Assembly: GCA_036170915.1 (NCBI GenBank)
Contig: JAVHQC010000033.1
Coordinates: forward strand, 256,001 to 320,000
Origin: Cyanobacteria bacterium auto_48_18
GTDB taxonomy: Bacteria > Cyanobacteriota > Vampirovibrionia > Obscuribacterales > Obscuribacteraceae
Direction: 5' to 3'
Length of the DNA: 64,000 nt
In this document: piece by piece, positions 49,286 to 58,986 of the stretch
Layout of the letters: each line of letters starts with the position of its first letter
How positions within the stretch are numbered: position 1 is the first letter of the stretch
The notes under the pieces: model-generated
Told to the model about the DNA's origin: nothing
Database searches by the model: none
What the model saw: the letters and a program-made list of their open reading frames with translations, nothing else
Made by a program: the position numbers and the translations under genes

Positions 49286-49642
49286 TTATTTCAATTTTTC
49301 GTAAAGTGCAACCACTTTAGAGTTGGCGTCGTAGGCTGATTTAACGTGGGCCTCTTGGTTATCAGCAAAATACATAAAAACTACTTTCAATGTTCGGTTG
49401 ACATCGGTCGTGGATATAAACCACAGAGTCGGCGGGTCGGTTTTATGTTCCTCCCGGTCGTCGATTAAAAACTTGCCGCTCCTGTTGTTGAAGCATTGGA
49501 TTACGTCATCCAGCGTGATGTTACGCTCGGCTAGTTTGTTTTCAATGGCTTCGCTTGCAAATCCAATAATCAAAACGGCGCCTGTGCTTGTCGAAGTACC
49601 CTCTCGGTAATATACACCCATTGTACATACAAAAGCAAGCAT
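49286..49642 (-). CDS. BrnT/RelE-like toxin (start uncertain, probably downstream of 49642)
   Basis: KLAERNITLDDVIQCF.N, DDREEH, WFISTT..RTLKVVF, VKSAY; toxin-first order as in brnTA. Confidence 0.7.
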   Translation of the reverse strand: MLAFVCTMGVYYREGTSTSTGAVLIIGFASEAIENKLAERNITLDDVIQCFNNRSGKFLIDDREEHKTDPPTLWFISTTDVNRTLKVVFMYFADNQEAHVKSAYDANSKVVALYEKLK

Positions 49643-50072
49643 GGCGTTGCCAGGAGTTTACGAACCGGTAAATAAAACTAGCGATCCGCCGCCCTGGCCA
49701 GCATCACCTGCCACCACTTCCAGTGCCTCATCAACGACCGGCATGCGTAAATTTAAACGGCATCAAGCGCGATACTGTAGAAAGAAAACGAAGGTTCGCT
49801 CGAAGCCGAGGACAAGCCTGAATCGATTATTCTCAAGAGACAAGATAGCGCGCAGTTTTGGTCTCTATCGCCTTTGTGGTAGGTTCCGGTTTTCTTTCAA
49901 TGTATGTCCACCTGGCCTACCCAAATCTGTATTGGTCTGAAACTAGGGTGGGTAAATGGTGTCGCGCCGCATCGCATCAGCCGTATCCGGCAAACAGAGA
50001 TCGGTAGGTGTCGCAACCAAGCGCACGGTTTGATTATTTCCAGCGTTGAGTGCCCGCCGATCGCAGAAAAGC

Positions 50073-50105
50073 AAAAGGCCCCAACCAATCAGGTTGAAGC
50101 CTTTT
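50073..50105 (-). terminator. Rho-independent terminator after tRNA-His
   Basis: Minus strand AAAAGGCTTCAACC-tgatt-GGTTGGGGCCTTTT followed by GCTTTT. Confidence 0.75.
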
Positions 50106-50114
50106 CACAAAATA

Positions 50115-50191
50115 TGGGGCAGATGACGGGATTTGAACCCGCGCGTGCCGATACCACAAACCGGAGCCTTAACCACTTGGCGACACCTGCC
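50115..50191 (-). tRNA. tRNA-His (GTG)
   Basis: GGCAGGTGTCGCCAAGTGGTTAAGGCTCCGGTTTGTGGTATCGGCACGCGCGGGTTCAAATCCCGTCATCTGCCCCA: cloverleaf, GTG anticodon, TTCAAAT T-loop, G-1, encoded CCA. Confidence 0.96.
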
Positions 50192-50268
50192 ATATCGTGC
50201 AAATTTATACTAACATGTCCGCCGCCGTTGGCTCACCGGCAGCCTGGCAGACGAATATTTTGTAACTA

Positions 50269-52350
50269 CTACTTAATGCCCAGCGGGCTGAAGACAAAAG
50301 GCAAAATCCGCGCCAGAACGCCGCCTATGACAAAAGCTGCGGCCCATGAGCCCAACCAGATTGAAACGGCAATGGCCATGCCCCGCTCTTTGATCATTAC
50401 CCCCACGGTTGCGATGCAAGGCACAAAGAGCGTAATGACAATCATGGCGGTTACAGCCTGAACCGGCGTTAATGCGACATCGGTCAAGCCAAAAGCAGCA
50501 AAATCGCGCCTGACAATACCTAATATAAATGTAGTAGGAATGCGCGGGTCGTTCGGCAAAAACAGCCATTGAACAACAATGGGCTGTAAGACTTTGATGA
50601 TCAGATCGAGTAAACCAATCATTTGAGCCAGTGTGACGACAAAACCGGCAAGAAAGAACATCGGTGTAGCGTCCACCAGAAAATTCCAAGATTTTTTCCA
50701 GGTTTTTCGCAAGACATTGTCGGCTCTAGGCAAACGCATGGGCGGCAGGTCAATCATCAGACCCTGTGATTGCCCGGGCATCACAGCGTTGAGCAATAGA
50801 CCGGTGGCCGCTAGAATGCCCACAACAACAACTAGATAGACAGCCCAGGCCGCACCACCACCAGCTCTAGCCAGGGTGCCTGAGACTACTCCCAGTTGTG
50901 CAGAGCAAGGTATTGCCACTCCCAGTAGTGCCGTGGCAATGATTTTTTCGCGTTTGGTAGTTAAAAGTCGAGTGGTGATTGTTGCCATGGTGACGCAGCC
51001 CAGGCCAAGTATAAGAGGAATGATGGCACGGCCATTTAGACCCAGTTTATTCATCATGCGGTCAACAAGCACCGCCAACCTTGGCAAATAACCAGAGTCT
51101 TCAAGTAATGATAAGCCCAGATAAAAGCCGATAACCAGCGGCATCAGTAATCCAAGCAAATAAGTGACGGTCAGTGTTGCCAGCCCGTATTCACCAACGA
51201 TGATGTTACCCAGGGCTGAGAGCCAATTTTTGTAAGACCAGAAATTGAAACCGATCTCGTTCGCTGGAATGGTTTTAATGGCAGCGTCAAGCGCTTTGCT
51301 TTCGGGCTCATTTTTCAGAGTACCTTCTGGAAAATCAAATACGCGCTCGCCTACTGTGATTGTTGATGGAAAGACATTGGCAGCCACTCTGCGAACCACA
51401 GGCTCATAGTAGACTTTCAACGTTTTCTTCTCGGTAAGGTCCACCAGGTTGCCGGCAATCCAAACGCCCAAGACTTGATAGAAAATCAAATAACAGACTG
51501 CAAATGAAATTGCCGAGCCCCAGAGCGGATGCAAAAGTAATTTGCCCAGCTTGTTGGAAAACGACCTGGTAACGCCGCTTTGTGTTACTGCATTTTCAGC
51601 TAAATCATTAACGAATTTACGGCGCGCACCATAAATGCCTGACCTGTGATTGGCAACGCTCACACCACACATAGTGGCGGTAGGCTCGTCGCCCTCCGCA
51701 ATTAACAGTGCCTGAGCTTGATCAATTGGGTTATCCGGCGTTCCTTGGTTGCGAATTTCATTGAGGATCTCGAGCAGTTCTGGTCTGATTTTTCCTGGCC
51801 TGGCAAGCGGTATGGCATTTTTGATTTCTTCAATGCCTTCTTCTTTAACGGCTACGCAAGTGAGTATTTCGAGGCCAAGCTCATCGCGTAAAACGGCCAG
51901 ATCAATTTTGATACCGCGCAGAATTGTTTCATCAAACTGATTGATCACTAAGATCATGGGTTTGCCCATTTCGGCCAGTTGGACAGTAAGAAAAAGGTCG
52001 CGCTCAAGCGTCAGTGCCGACACCACATTGATGACAATGTCAGCGGCAATGATCATCTTTCTCGCTGCCCGTTCTTCGTCGTTAAAGCTTGATACGCCAT
52101 AGACTCCAGGCGTATCGGCAAGCTCATCGTCGCCAAGATGACCCCGAGCGATATCAATAGTGGTGCCGGGATAATTAGATACGTCAGCGTCAGAGCCGGT
52201 CAAGGCATTGAAAATAACCGATTTGCCCACGTTAGGATTGCCCACAAGGACAATACTGCGCACTGCGCGATGATCGTCACCAGTTGGGGCTGCGCCCTTG
52301 CGAGCGCCCTTGCGGACGGTGGAACTTGCCAATTTTGAAGTGGAGGCCAT
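50269..52350 (-). CDS. feoB: Ferrous iron transporter B
   Basis: GNPNVGKS, NYPGTT, DTPG, LEDSGYLPR, IPCSAQ, LFVPCIAT. Confidence 0.95.
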   Translation of the reverse strand: MASTSKLASSTVRKGARKGAAPTGDDHRAVRSIVLVGNPNVGKSVIFNALTGSDADVSNYPGTTIDIARGHLGDDELADTPGVYGVSSFNDEERAARKMIIAADIVINVVSALTLERDLFLTVQLAEMGKPMILVINQFDETILRGIKIDLAVLRDELGLEILTCVAVKEEGIEEIKNAIPLARPGKIRPELLEILNEIRNQGTPDNPIDQAQALLIAEGDEPTATMCGVSVANHRSGIYGARRKFVNDLAENAVTQSGVTRSFSNKLGKLLLHPLWGSAISFAVCYLIFYQVLGVWIAGNLVDLTEKKTLKVYYEPVVRRVAANVFPSTITVGERVFDFPEGTLKNEPESKALDAAIKTIPANEIGFNFWSYKNWLSALGNIIVGEYGLATLTVTYLLGLLMPLVIGFYLGLSLLEDSGYLPRLAVLVDRMMNKLGLNGRAIIPLILGLGCVTMATITTRLLTTKREKIIATALLGVAIPCSAQLGVVSGTLARAGGGAAWAVYLVVVVGILAATGLLLNAVMPGQSQGLMIDLPPMRLPRADNVLRKTWKKSWNFLVDATPMFFLAGFVVTLAQMIGLLDLIIKVLQPIVVQWLFLPNDPRIPTTFILGIVRRDFAAFGLTDVALTPVQAVTAMIVITLFVPCIATVGVMIKERGMAIAVSIWLGSWAAAFVIGGVLARILPFVFSPLGIK

Positions 52351-52490
52351 GGCTTAATTATCAACAGAATGGGGCTACTTGTATATCCCTTGAGCAAAGC
52401 CTCATGAGACTTAATCACTACTGTGGTAAGTTTTAGCGGCAGCCGCGCCCTTATCATTATTAGAAGCAGTGGCTGGGTCGGCATTCAAGA

Positions 52491-55400
52491 GTGATGGGAA
52501 GGCATTTGAAGAATAAGAGCGCTCGGCAATTTATAACTATAACAACGATCTGCTTGGCAGCCCTTGGCCTGATTCTTTCCTCAAGCTGCGCTCAAATGTC
52601 TGCATTTGCCGCTAATGAGAGCAGTTCTGCGGCAATCAGTGAAAAAGGCGTGCAAGAAACTGTGCTTGCTAATGGTCTTAAGGTGCTCCTTCTTGAAGAG
52701 CATTCGTTTCCGGTGGCCAGCACTATGGTTTTTTATCGCGTCGGTTCGCGCAATGAAAATTTAGGCGAGACTGGTCTGAGCCATCTGGTTGAACACTTGC
52801 TTTTTGAAAAGGTCGGACGTTTTCGCAAAGGCGAAATGGGTGCAACGATCGCGCGCAATGGGGGCATGTTTAACGGCTTTACCAGCGATGACTTTACAGT
52901 TTTTTTTGAAACTGTCAGCCCCAGTAAGTTGCCTCTGACTTTGCAAATTGAGTCTGAGCGCATGCACGCAGCTACCTTTACAGCTGAAGATGTGCTGGCT
53001 GAAATTAAGCGAGTAGAAAAGGAGTTGGGTCAAGAAGCAAAAGATCCGGTCAATTTACTCAATAAAGAAGTGCGCTCGGCTGCATTTTTGCAACATCCCT
53101 ATCGCAATCCAACAATCGGCTGGCCTAACGACGTACACAAATTGACAGTTGACGACGTCAGACGACATTATCGCGAGTATTACCAACCGGGCAATGCCAC
53201 GCTGGTGGTGGTAGGCGATTTCAACAGTGCCGCGGTGATGGAGCAGATTAATAAATATTTTGCACCCTTGCCGAAAGCAGAGCCACCAAAAGCGGTGCGT
53301 GTAGTCGAACCACAACAAACCGCTGAGCGACGCGTTTATTTGAAACATGGTGGCAATTCAGATGTGGTGGCGATGGCGTATCACAGCTGCGACTTTGTCA
53401 ATGCCGACGCTCCGGCTTTAGCCGTGCTGGAAAAACTGCTGGCTTCTGGCGTCAGCGGGCGGCTTAAAAGCAAAATGGTTGATGCCAAAGTTTGCAGTAG
53501 CGCGAAATGTACATTTGAAGTCAAACGAGATCCAGGATTATTTACTGTCAATCTGGTTTCTACACCAGGCACCACTGCTCACAAGATGATTGAATCTTTC
53601 GAAGCGGTAATGGAGCAGTTGCGAACTAACCCTGTGCCCGAGGCCGAGCTGCGCCGCGCCCGCAATCATGCAGAATTCTTTTTGTTGTCTGAACGTGATG
53701 GTCCGTATCGCACTGCCTTTCACTTAGGTTATTCAGAATCAATTGATAGTTGGAAGGGCGCTTATACCTGGTTTACAAAGATAAGAGCGGTATCGCCGGC
53801 CGACATTCAACGAGTGGCCAAACGCTATTTTGCTCGTGAAAATAGATACGTAGGTGTGCTCAGCGGTGCTGCCAACAAGCCACTTGTGCAGAAACCGGCA
53901 ATCAATAAAGACAAAGATTCTGCCGATGCCAAGGAAAATAGCGCAGACAAGAAAAGCAAAGATAAGAAAGAAGCCGATAAAGACCTGGACAAGAAAGACG
54001 GCAAAAAGCCGGCAGACAAATTGAAAGATTTGAAAAAGCCTAAGTCGGGAGTTCATCATAAAACAGCCTGCACTAATGCCACAGACATTTTCAAAAGGTT
54101 TGGCGTTCATGCCTGTGCTTACAAGAGTGATGATGCTCAAACTGTAGGTGGAAGTGCACCGGCTGGAAATATTGAAGCGACAAACAAGACATCAGCCACT
54201 TCTTCGCTGACTTCTTCGCCAAATTCTTCTTCGACTTCTTCACCGAATCCTCATTTGAAAAAGGCAACTTTAAAAAACGGAATTACCGTGGCCGTACTTG
54301 AAACCAAACTAAGCCCATCGGTGCACATAGTAGGTGCCGTAAAAGCTGGCGAGGCATATGAGCCCACAGGAAAGCGCGGCGCGGCCGCTGTACTGGCGCA
54401 ACTGATGATCGATGGTTCACCCAAATATAGCCGTCAATCGGCCGTTAACCTGCAAGACGAATTAGGACTTTTGCCCTCGGCCATGATCAAATTTGATGCA
54501 GGTCCGCAGTGGATTAGCTTCCAAAGTCGGTGTCTGAATCGTGATACGGGAACTATTCTTGGCATTTTGGCGAGTCAGCTGCGAGATCCACTTTTAAAGG
54601 ACAGCGATGTGGAGCGCGCTAAGCAACTGGTCATAGACAGGGTAAAGAAAAGCGAAGATACCGTTAGAGCCAGGGTCAAGCGAGCTCTGATGCAAAGTCT
54701 AATTGCGCCAAATACAAGTTTCTATCCGCTTGAACCTATGGACAAGGCTCGATTTGTGGGAAATTTGAAAGACAGCGATTTGCGAGATTTTCATTCGCAG
54801 GCCGTCAGACCTGATGCCACCACAATAGTTTTTGTGGGCGACATTACCCTTAATCAGGCAGTAGATCTTGCTGAGCGCAGCTTCGAGGGTTGGACGGGCA
54901 AGAGTACCGCTAAGAAAGTGCTGGTGCAGCCCAATGCCAGACGGACGCTCAAATCGTCAATGACTATCGACAAAAAGCAAGACACCATGGTGACAATCGG
55001 CAGACTGGTAGATAGCGGTTTAGGAAAATCAGACTACCCACTCATGCTGCTAGCCGACTGTGCTCTGACCAGTCACCCCATATTTTCTCGCTTCGCGCAA
55101 AAGATCTCTGGTGAGCAAAGCCTCTCAAGCAGCCTCAGTCTCGAAGATCTTACGTCTGACGTTGAGTCGCTGCCGGGTATGACTGTATGGTCACTAGATA
55201 TACCGTTGGTATCAAATGCGATGCCACAGGCTGTGAAATTCATTCAGACCGAGCTGAAGAAATTTGGTCGCACTGGTTTGACTGCCGAAGAGTTTGCTGA
55301 AGTCAAACTTTATCTGCACGGCGCCTTGCCGGTCAGATGGATGTCTAACAGTCAACTGGCTGCTCGAGCGACTCTTGAGTCGGTGATGCTAGATGGCTCT

Positions 55401-55589
55401 TGCGATCCGCTTCCTTCTATACATCAGGGCATCCGAGCGGCGACTCTCGATAAAGCCAACCAATTTGTGCGCACTACTTTTAAACCAGATCGCGCCACTG
55501 TGGTCATTGCAGGCACCAAGCAGGCTATTCAGCAAATACATGGTGTGCGAGACGAGAGCGGTATTAATGGCAGTGGCTCGTCACAATAA
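52491..55589 (+). CDS. M16 family zinc peptidase (fused two-module, PqqL-like)
   Basis: HLVEH inverted zinc motif, NGFTSDD, HPYRNPTIGW; second module lacks HxxEH; Lys/Asp-rich linker. Confidence 0.9.
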   Translation: MMGRHLKNKSARQFITITTICLAALGLILSSSCAQMSAFAANESSSAAISEKGVQETVLANGLKVLLLEEHSFPVASTMVFYRVGSRNENLGETGLSHLVEHLLFEKVGRFRKGEMGATIARNGGMFNGFTSDDFTVFFETVSPSKLPLTLQIESERMHAATFTAEDVLAEIKRVEKELGQEAKDPVNLLNKEVRSAAFLQHPYRNPTIGWPNDVHKLTVDDVRRHYREYYQPGNATLVVVGDFNSAAVMEQINKYFAPLPKAEPPKAVRVVEPQQTAERRVYLKHGGNSDVVAMAYHSCDFVNADAPALAVLEKLLASGVSGRLKSKMVDAKVCSSAKCTFEVKRDPGLFTVNLVSTPGTTAHKMIESFEAVMEQLRTNPVPEAELRRARNHAEFFLLSERDGPYRTAFHLGYSESIDSWKGAYTWFTKIRAVSPADIQRVAKRYFARENRYVGVLSGAANKPLVQKPAINKDKDSADAKENSADKKSKDKKEADKDLDKKDGKKPADKLKDLKKPKSGVHHKTACTNATDIFKRFGVHACAYKSDDAQTVGGSAPAGNIEATNKTSATSSLTSSPNSSSTSSPNPHLKKATLKNGITVAVLETKLSPSVHIVGAVKAGEAYEPTGKRGAAAVLAQLMIDGSPKYSRQSAVNLQDELGLLPSAMIKFDAGPQWISFQSRCLNRDTGTILGILASQLRDPLLKDSDVERAKQLVIDRVKKSEDTVRARVKRALMQSLIAPNTSFYPLEPMDKARFVGNLKDSDLRDFHSQAVRPDATTIVFVGDITLNQAVDLAERSFEGWTGKSTAKKVLVQPNARRTLKSSMTIDKKQDTMVTIGRLVDSGLGKSDYPLMLLADCALTSHPIFSRFAQKISGEQSLSSSLSLEDLTSDVESLPGMTVWSLDIPLVSNAMPQAVKFIQTELKKFGRTGLTAEEFAEVKLYLHGALPVRWMSNSQLAARATLESVMLDGSCDPLPSIHQGIRAATLDKANQFVRTTFKPDRATVVIAGTKQAIQQIHGVRDESGINGSGSSQ

Positions 55590-55993
55590 GAGGCTCGCGT
55601 TTGATTTTCACTATTACAGTAAAAATAAGCCACTGCTAATCTGAGAAAAAAGAAGTAGTCAAGCGGATTGCGTCGTGATGGGTGAGTGTTTGCTAATGTC
55701 GATCTGATCCTTCCTATATCTGATCCTCCATTCTTGGCCTATCCATGCGGTGGTACCATCTTCGGTTGCCAAGTGGTGGCTCTTTGGGCAAGTTCAGCCC
55801 CAAAGTAAGTGCAATCGCCGTAAAGCCACGGTGTTGGCTGCTTACGGAACTATTGTAAACATGGAGGAGGTTGTCATTTATTTAATGCATCTGGCTTAAA
55901 CGCTGCGTCTTGGCACGATTGCGGCTTTGTGAAGATTTGGCGAAGGTCTGTAAACCCAAGCCTAGCTTAGATTTCAGCTCAACGTTGAGAAAA

Positions 55994-56023
55994 TTGACTT
56001 TCTAGTGACAAGTTGGCTAATAT
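55994..56023 (+). promoter_or_regulatory. Candidate sigma70 promoter of the LysM-dinG unit
   Basis: TTGACT-18 bp-TAATAT, 34 bp before the ATG. Confidence 0.35.
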
Positions 56024-56057
56024 GCAGCCTTGGTTACCCCCAGTGGCGTTGTAAGAG

Positions 56058-56792
56058 ATGACAATTGTGCTCAACTACGATCAAGAAAAACTGGAATTAG
56101 AAGGCCTTCCCGAATATGTGCGCGACAGTGATGTCTCCACCCGGGATGCGTTTGTATCGATCTCGACTCGCTCATTAGCGGAAAGAGAAGCGCAGCGCAC
56201 CGCCTCTACATCAGACTGGCAATCTCAGAGAGATACCGGTTCATTCAATAGAATTACAGCTGAAGTTGCCGCACCTAAAACAGATGAGCTCGAAGCTCTC
56301 TGGCCAGGCGTGCATCAAGACTTCATGCATTCACCTAAGCGCACTCCCAGCTTCTATTTGAGCCTGGGCTTCATGGCCGGCGCTGTGCTTTCCATGATTG
56401 GCATCTGGGGCTATTCTGCAGTGTCAGGGCTTATCGCGAGCAATCCACAACCAGGTAGGGCCACAGTGGCCGTGGCTTCAGCTACACCAGCTGCCGGTCA
56501 GACTACCCAGGCAATAGTCCCTCAGGGCAGCGACCCTAATTCCGTTCTTGTGCCCGCGCATGCGACTGTGACAGTTGCTTCCGGTGACACGATGGCGGCT
56601 ATTGCTCTGCGTGAATATAAGCGGGCCAGCCCACGACTGCTTGATGCTATTTGCAAAGCCAATAATTTGAAGAACGTGAATTTCTTGAGCTTGGGCCAAA
56701 CCATTACTTTGCCTAACTATCAGCCAAGCTCACAGGCTGCTACCCAAGCCAACGCACAAGTTGCTGCTACTGCCGCTTCTCAAGTACACTAA
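56058..56792 (+). CDS. Membrane-anchored LysM domain protein
   Basis: Central TM; TVASGDTMAAIA...ANNL...LSLGQTITLP. Confidence 0.85.
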   Translation: MTIVLNYDQEKLELEGLPEYVRDSDVSTRDAFVSISTRSLAEREAQRTASTSDWQSQRDTGSFNRITAEVAAPKTDELEALWPGVHQDFMHSPKRTPSFYLSLGFMAGAVLSMIGIWGYSAVSGLIASNPQPGRATVAVASATPAAGQTTQAIVPQGSDPNSVLVPAHATVTVASGDTMAAIALREYKRASPRLLDAICKANNLKNVNFLSLGQTITLPNYQPSSQAATQANAQVAATAASQVH

Positions 56793-56804
56793 GCGAATTC
56801 CCTT

Positions 56805-58841
56805 TTGAATTTGCCCGTGTCTGCCGAAGCATCAAATAGCTCGTCTTCAGCTACGTCACTTTCTGGTAAGTCTTCGCCGACCAAACCAGAGAAGAAGCCG
56901 TTGTGCCCCGAAAATCGCGGTGATTTTACGGTGGAGCGCGTCTTTGAGCTTTTGGCTGCCAGTCTCGATAATTACGAGATTCGCGATCCGCAGCTTGATT
57001 TAGCTCACCAGATTGAGCGCGCTTTTACTCAGAAAAAAACAGGCATTTTCGAAGCTGGTACAGGTGTTGGTAAGAGTTTTGCCGCTCTGGTGCCGGCTTT
57101 TCTAGCTGGTAAAAAAGTGGTTGTCTCTACTGCCACCATTGCTTTGCAAGAGCAGTACATGAATAAAGATATCCCCATTCTCAAGGAGATCTTTCCGTTC
57201 GAGATTAACGCCGCTTTGCTTAAGGGGCGCGGCAATTATCTTGGCATTCGGCGCTTTCGCGATCATATTCTCGAGCAGCATATTGATGATGACTTTGTCG
57301 ATTGGGTCAATACGACACCGTACGGCGATGTTTCTGAATTAGACTTCGTGCCGCCCTACGACATATGGGGCGAAATCAATTCTGACTCTGATGATTGTTT
57401 GCGAAATAAATGCCCTAGTTTTGGCAGCTGCTTTTATTTTGAGGCGAGAAAACGGGCTGAGAGAGCCGACATTCTTGTGGTCAATCATGCCCTGCTTCTG
57501 GCTGATGCCGCATCTGGTGGAAGCATATTGCCGCCCTACCAACTGCTGATTGTTGACGAAGCGCATCATCTGCCAAATATTGCCACTGACGCTTTCAGCC
57601 GCTCGATAAGCAATCGCGGCATCAGAATTTTATTGGGAAAAGCGATCAAAAGAGTCAACCCACCCAATAATTTGATTAACGATATTGAGCACCGCTCAGG
57701 CCAGTTATTCATGCGCCTCAACCTCATGGCTCGCTCAGCTAAAATGAGACTGCGTGAGCCTGTTGAAGGTGCCATCGAACTAATAATAGCTTTGAAAATT
57801 TTGCGCGACTGGTTAGAAAATCAATCCTTCGAACATATTTTAGATGTGGATCTAATGCGCGAAAAAGCACAGCTCAAAGCGAAGAGTTTAATTAGCACCA
57901 TATCTGGTTACTGCACCTGTCTGGAATTAATTGCGGCGCCAAGCCAGGAATGGGTGATGTGGCTTGAGCGCACTGAGCGTCAGGAAGTAAAAATCGAAGT
58001 GACGGCAGCCCCGCTTGATCCGTCTCACTTTATTGCCGACCTGCTGTTAAATAAGGCTGGTTTAGAAAATTCTGTCTGGATGTCAGCCACCCTGGCCACC
58101 GCTGGTGATGACCCGTTTGACTTTTTCAAACGCTCTATTGGCACCGATCGGTATGTCATTCAAGACCAAGTGCCGAGCCCCTTTGATTTTAAAAATCAAG
58201 CTCTTTTATACTTGCCCCCAAATTTGCCAGAGCCCAACCATCCCGATTTTCTGTATGCCGCTTTTGAAGAAATCGAGCGCATCATCGAACTGACTGAAGG
58301 GCGCGCTTTTGTTTTGTTCACCAGTCGCTCGGCTCTTAATGCCGCTTTTCAGGCTCTTTCTCCGCGTCTTCCCTATGAGTGCCGCAAACAAGGCGACATG
58401 CCCAGACAAAAATTGGTGGAATGGTTCAAGGCCACGCCTCATTCGGTTTTATTCGGCACATCAAGTTTTTGGGAAGGCGTCAGTATTGATGGCGAACAAC
58501 TAAGTTGTGTGATTATTGATCGCATTCCTTTTCAGGTACCGGACGATCCTGTTTACGAAGCTCGTTGTGAGCAAATGAAAGAAGATACCAGTCGCAGCTG
58601 GTTCAACGATTTGGCCCTACCTCATGCCACCATGCGACTGAAGCAGGGTGTGGGCCGGTTGATTCGCACTAGAAAAGATCGCGGTCTTGTGGCAATTTTA
58701 GATTCAAGATTGACCAAAAAATATTATGGCCGCAAGATTATTGATTGTTTGCCGCCTATGAAAATTATTCGCGAATTGCCCACCGTGGCTTCGCATGTGA
58801 TGGAAGATTTTTTGGATCTTGGCCGGGATTATGCGGGCTGA
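56805..58841 (+). CDS. dinG: DinG/YoaA family ATP-dependent DNA helicase
   Basis: EAGTGVGKS, VVNHALL, DEAHH, SATL, FWEGVS, QGVGRLIR; start uncertain. Confidence 0.92.
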   Translation: MNLPVSAEASNSSSSATSLSGKSSPTKPEKKPLCPENRGDFTVERVFELLAASLDNYEIRDPQLDLAHQIERAFTQKKTGIFEAGTGVGKSFAALVPAFLAGKKVVVSTATIALQEQYMNKDIPILKEIFPFEINAALLKGRGNYLGIRRFRDHILEQHIDDDFVDWVNTTPYGDVSELDFVPPYDIWGEINSDSDDCLRNKCPSFGSCFYFEARKRAERADILVVNHALLLADAASGGSILPPYQLLIVDEAHHLPNIATDAFSRSISNRGIRILLGKAIKRVNPPNNLINDIEHRSGQLFMRLNLMARSAKMRLREPVEGAIELIIALKILRDWLENQSFEHILDVDLMREKAQLKAKSLISTISGYCTCLELIAAPSQEWVMWLERTERQEVKIEVTAAPLDPSHFIADLLLNKAGLENSVWMSATLATAGDDPFDFFKRSIGTDRYVIQDQVPSPFDFKNQALLYLPPNLPEPNHPDFLYAAFEEIERIIELTEGRAFVLFTSRSALNAAFQALSPRLPYECRKQGDMPRQKLVEWFKATPHSVLFGTSSFWEGVSIDGEQLSCVIIDRIPFQVPDDPVYEARCEQMKEDTSRSWFNDLALPHATMRLKQGVGRLIRTRKDRGLVAILDSRLTKKYYGRKIIDCLPPMKIIRELPTVASHVMEDFLDLGRDYAG

Positions 58842-58962
58842 CCAGGCTTAGTTGCTGGCATCGAATTTCAAAAGCCTAAGGATTTTTACAACCGATAAGT
58901 TGTATGGGTCTACAACCTAAGAGTTGTAAAATTTCTTAGCGTTTTTATCGACGATACCTGGT
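58841..58962. repeat. Nested inverted repeat containing two tandem TACAAC-N6-GTTGTA palindromes
   Basis: Half-sites at 58887, 58899, 58911, 58923; outer arms CTAAG/CTTAG, TCGA/TCGA, ACCAGG/CCTGGT. Confidence 0.8.
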
Positions 58963-58986
58963 GATGAGAACGCCCAGGCCGTAAGC

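Noticed and set aside
49641..50461. Plus-strand ORFs of 99 and 185 aa
   Set aside because: No recognisable motifs; the longer one runs antisense through tRNA-His and feoB.
52351..52490. Fur box or feoA upstream of feoB
   Set aside because: Only partial AT-rich matches, and the 140-bp gap has no room for feoA.
58887..58928. Mini CRISPR array or integron attC
   Set aside because: Only two 18-bp units with a 6-bp spacer, no cas or intI nearby, and the ends do not fit RYYYAAC/GTTRRRY.
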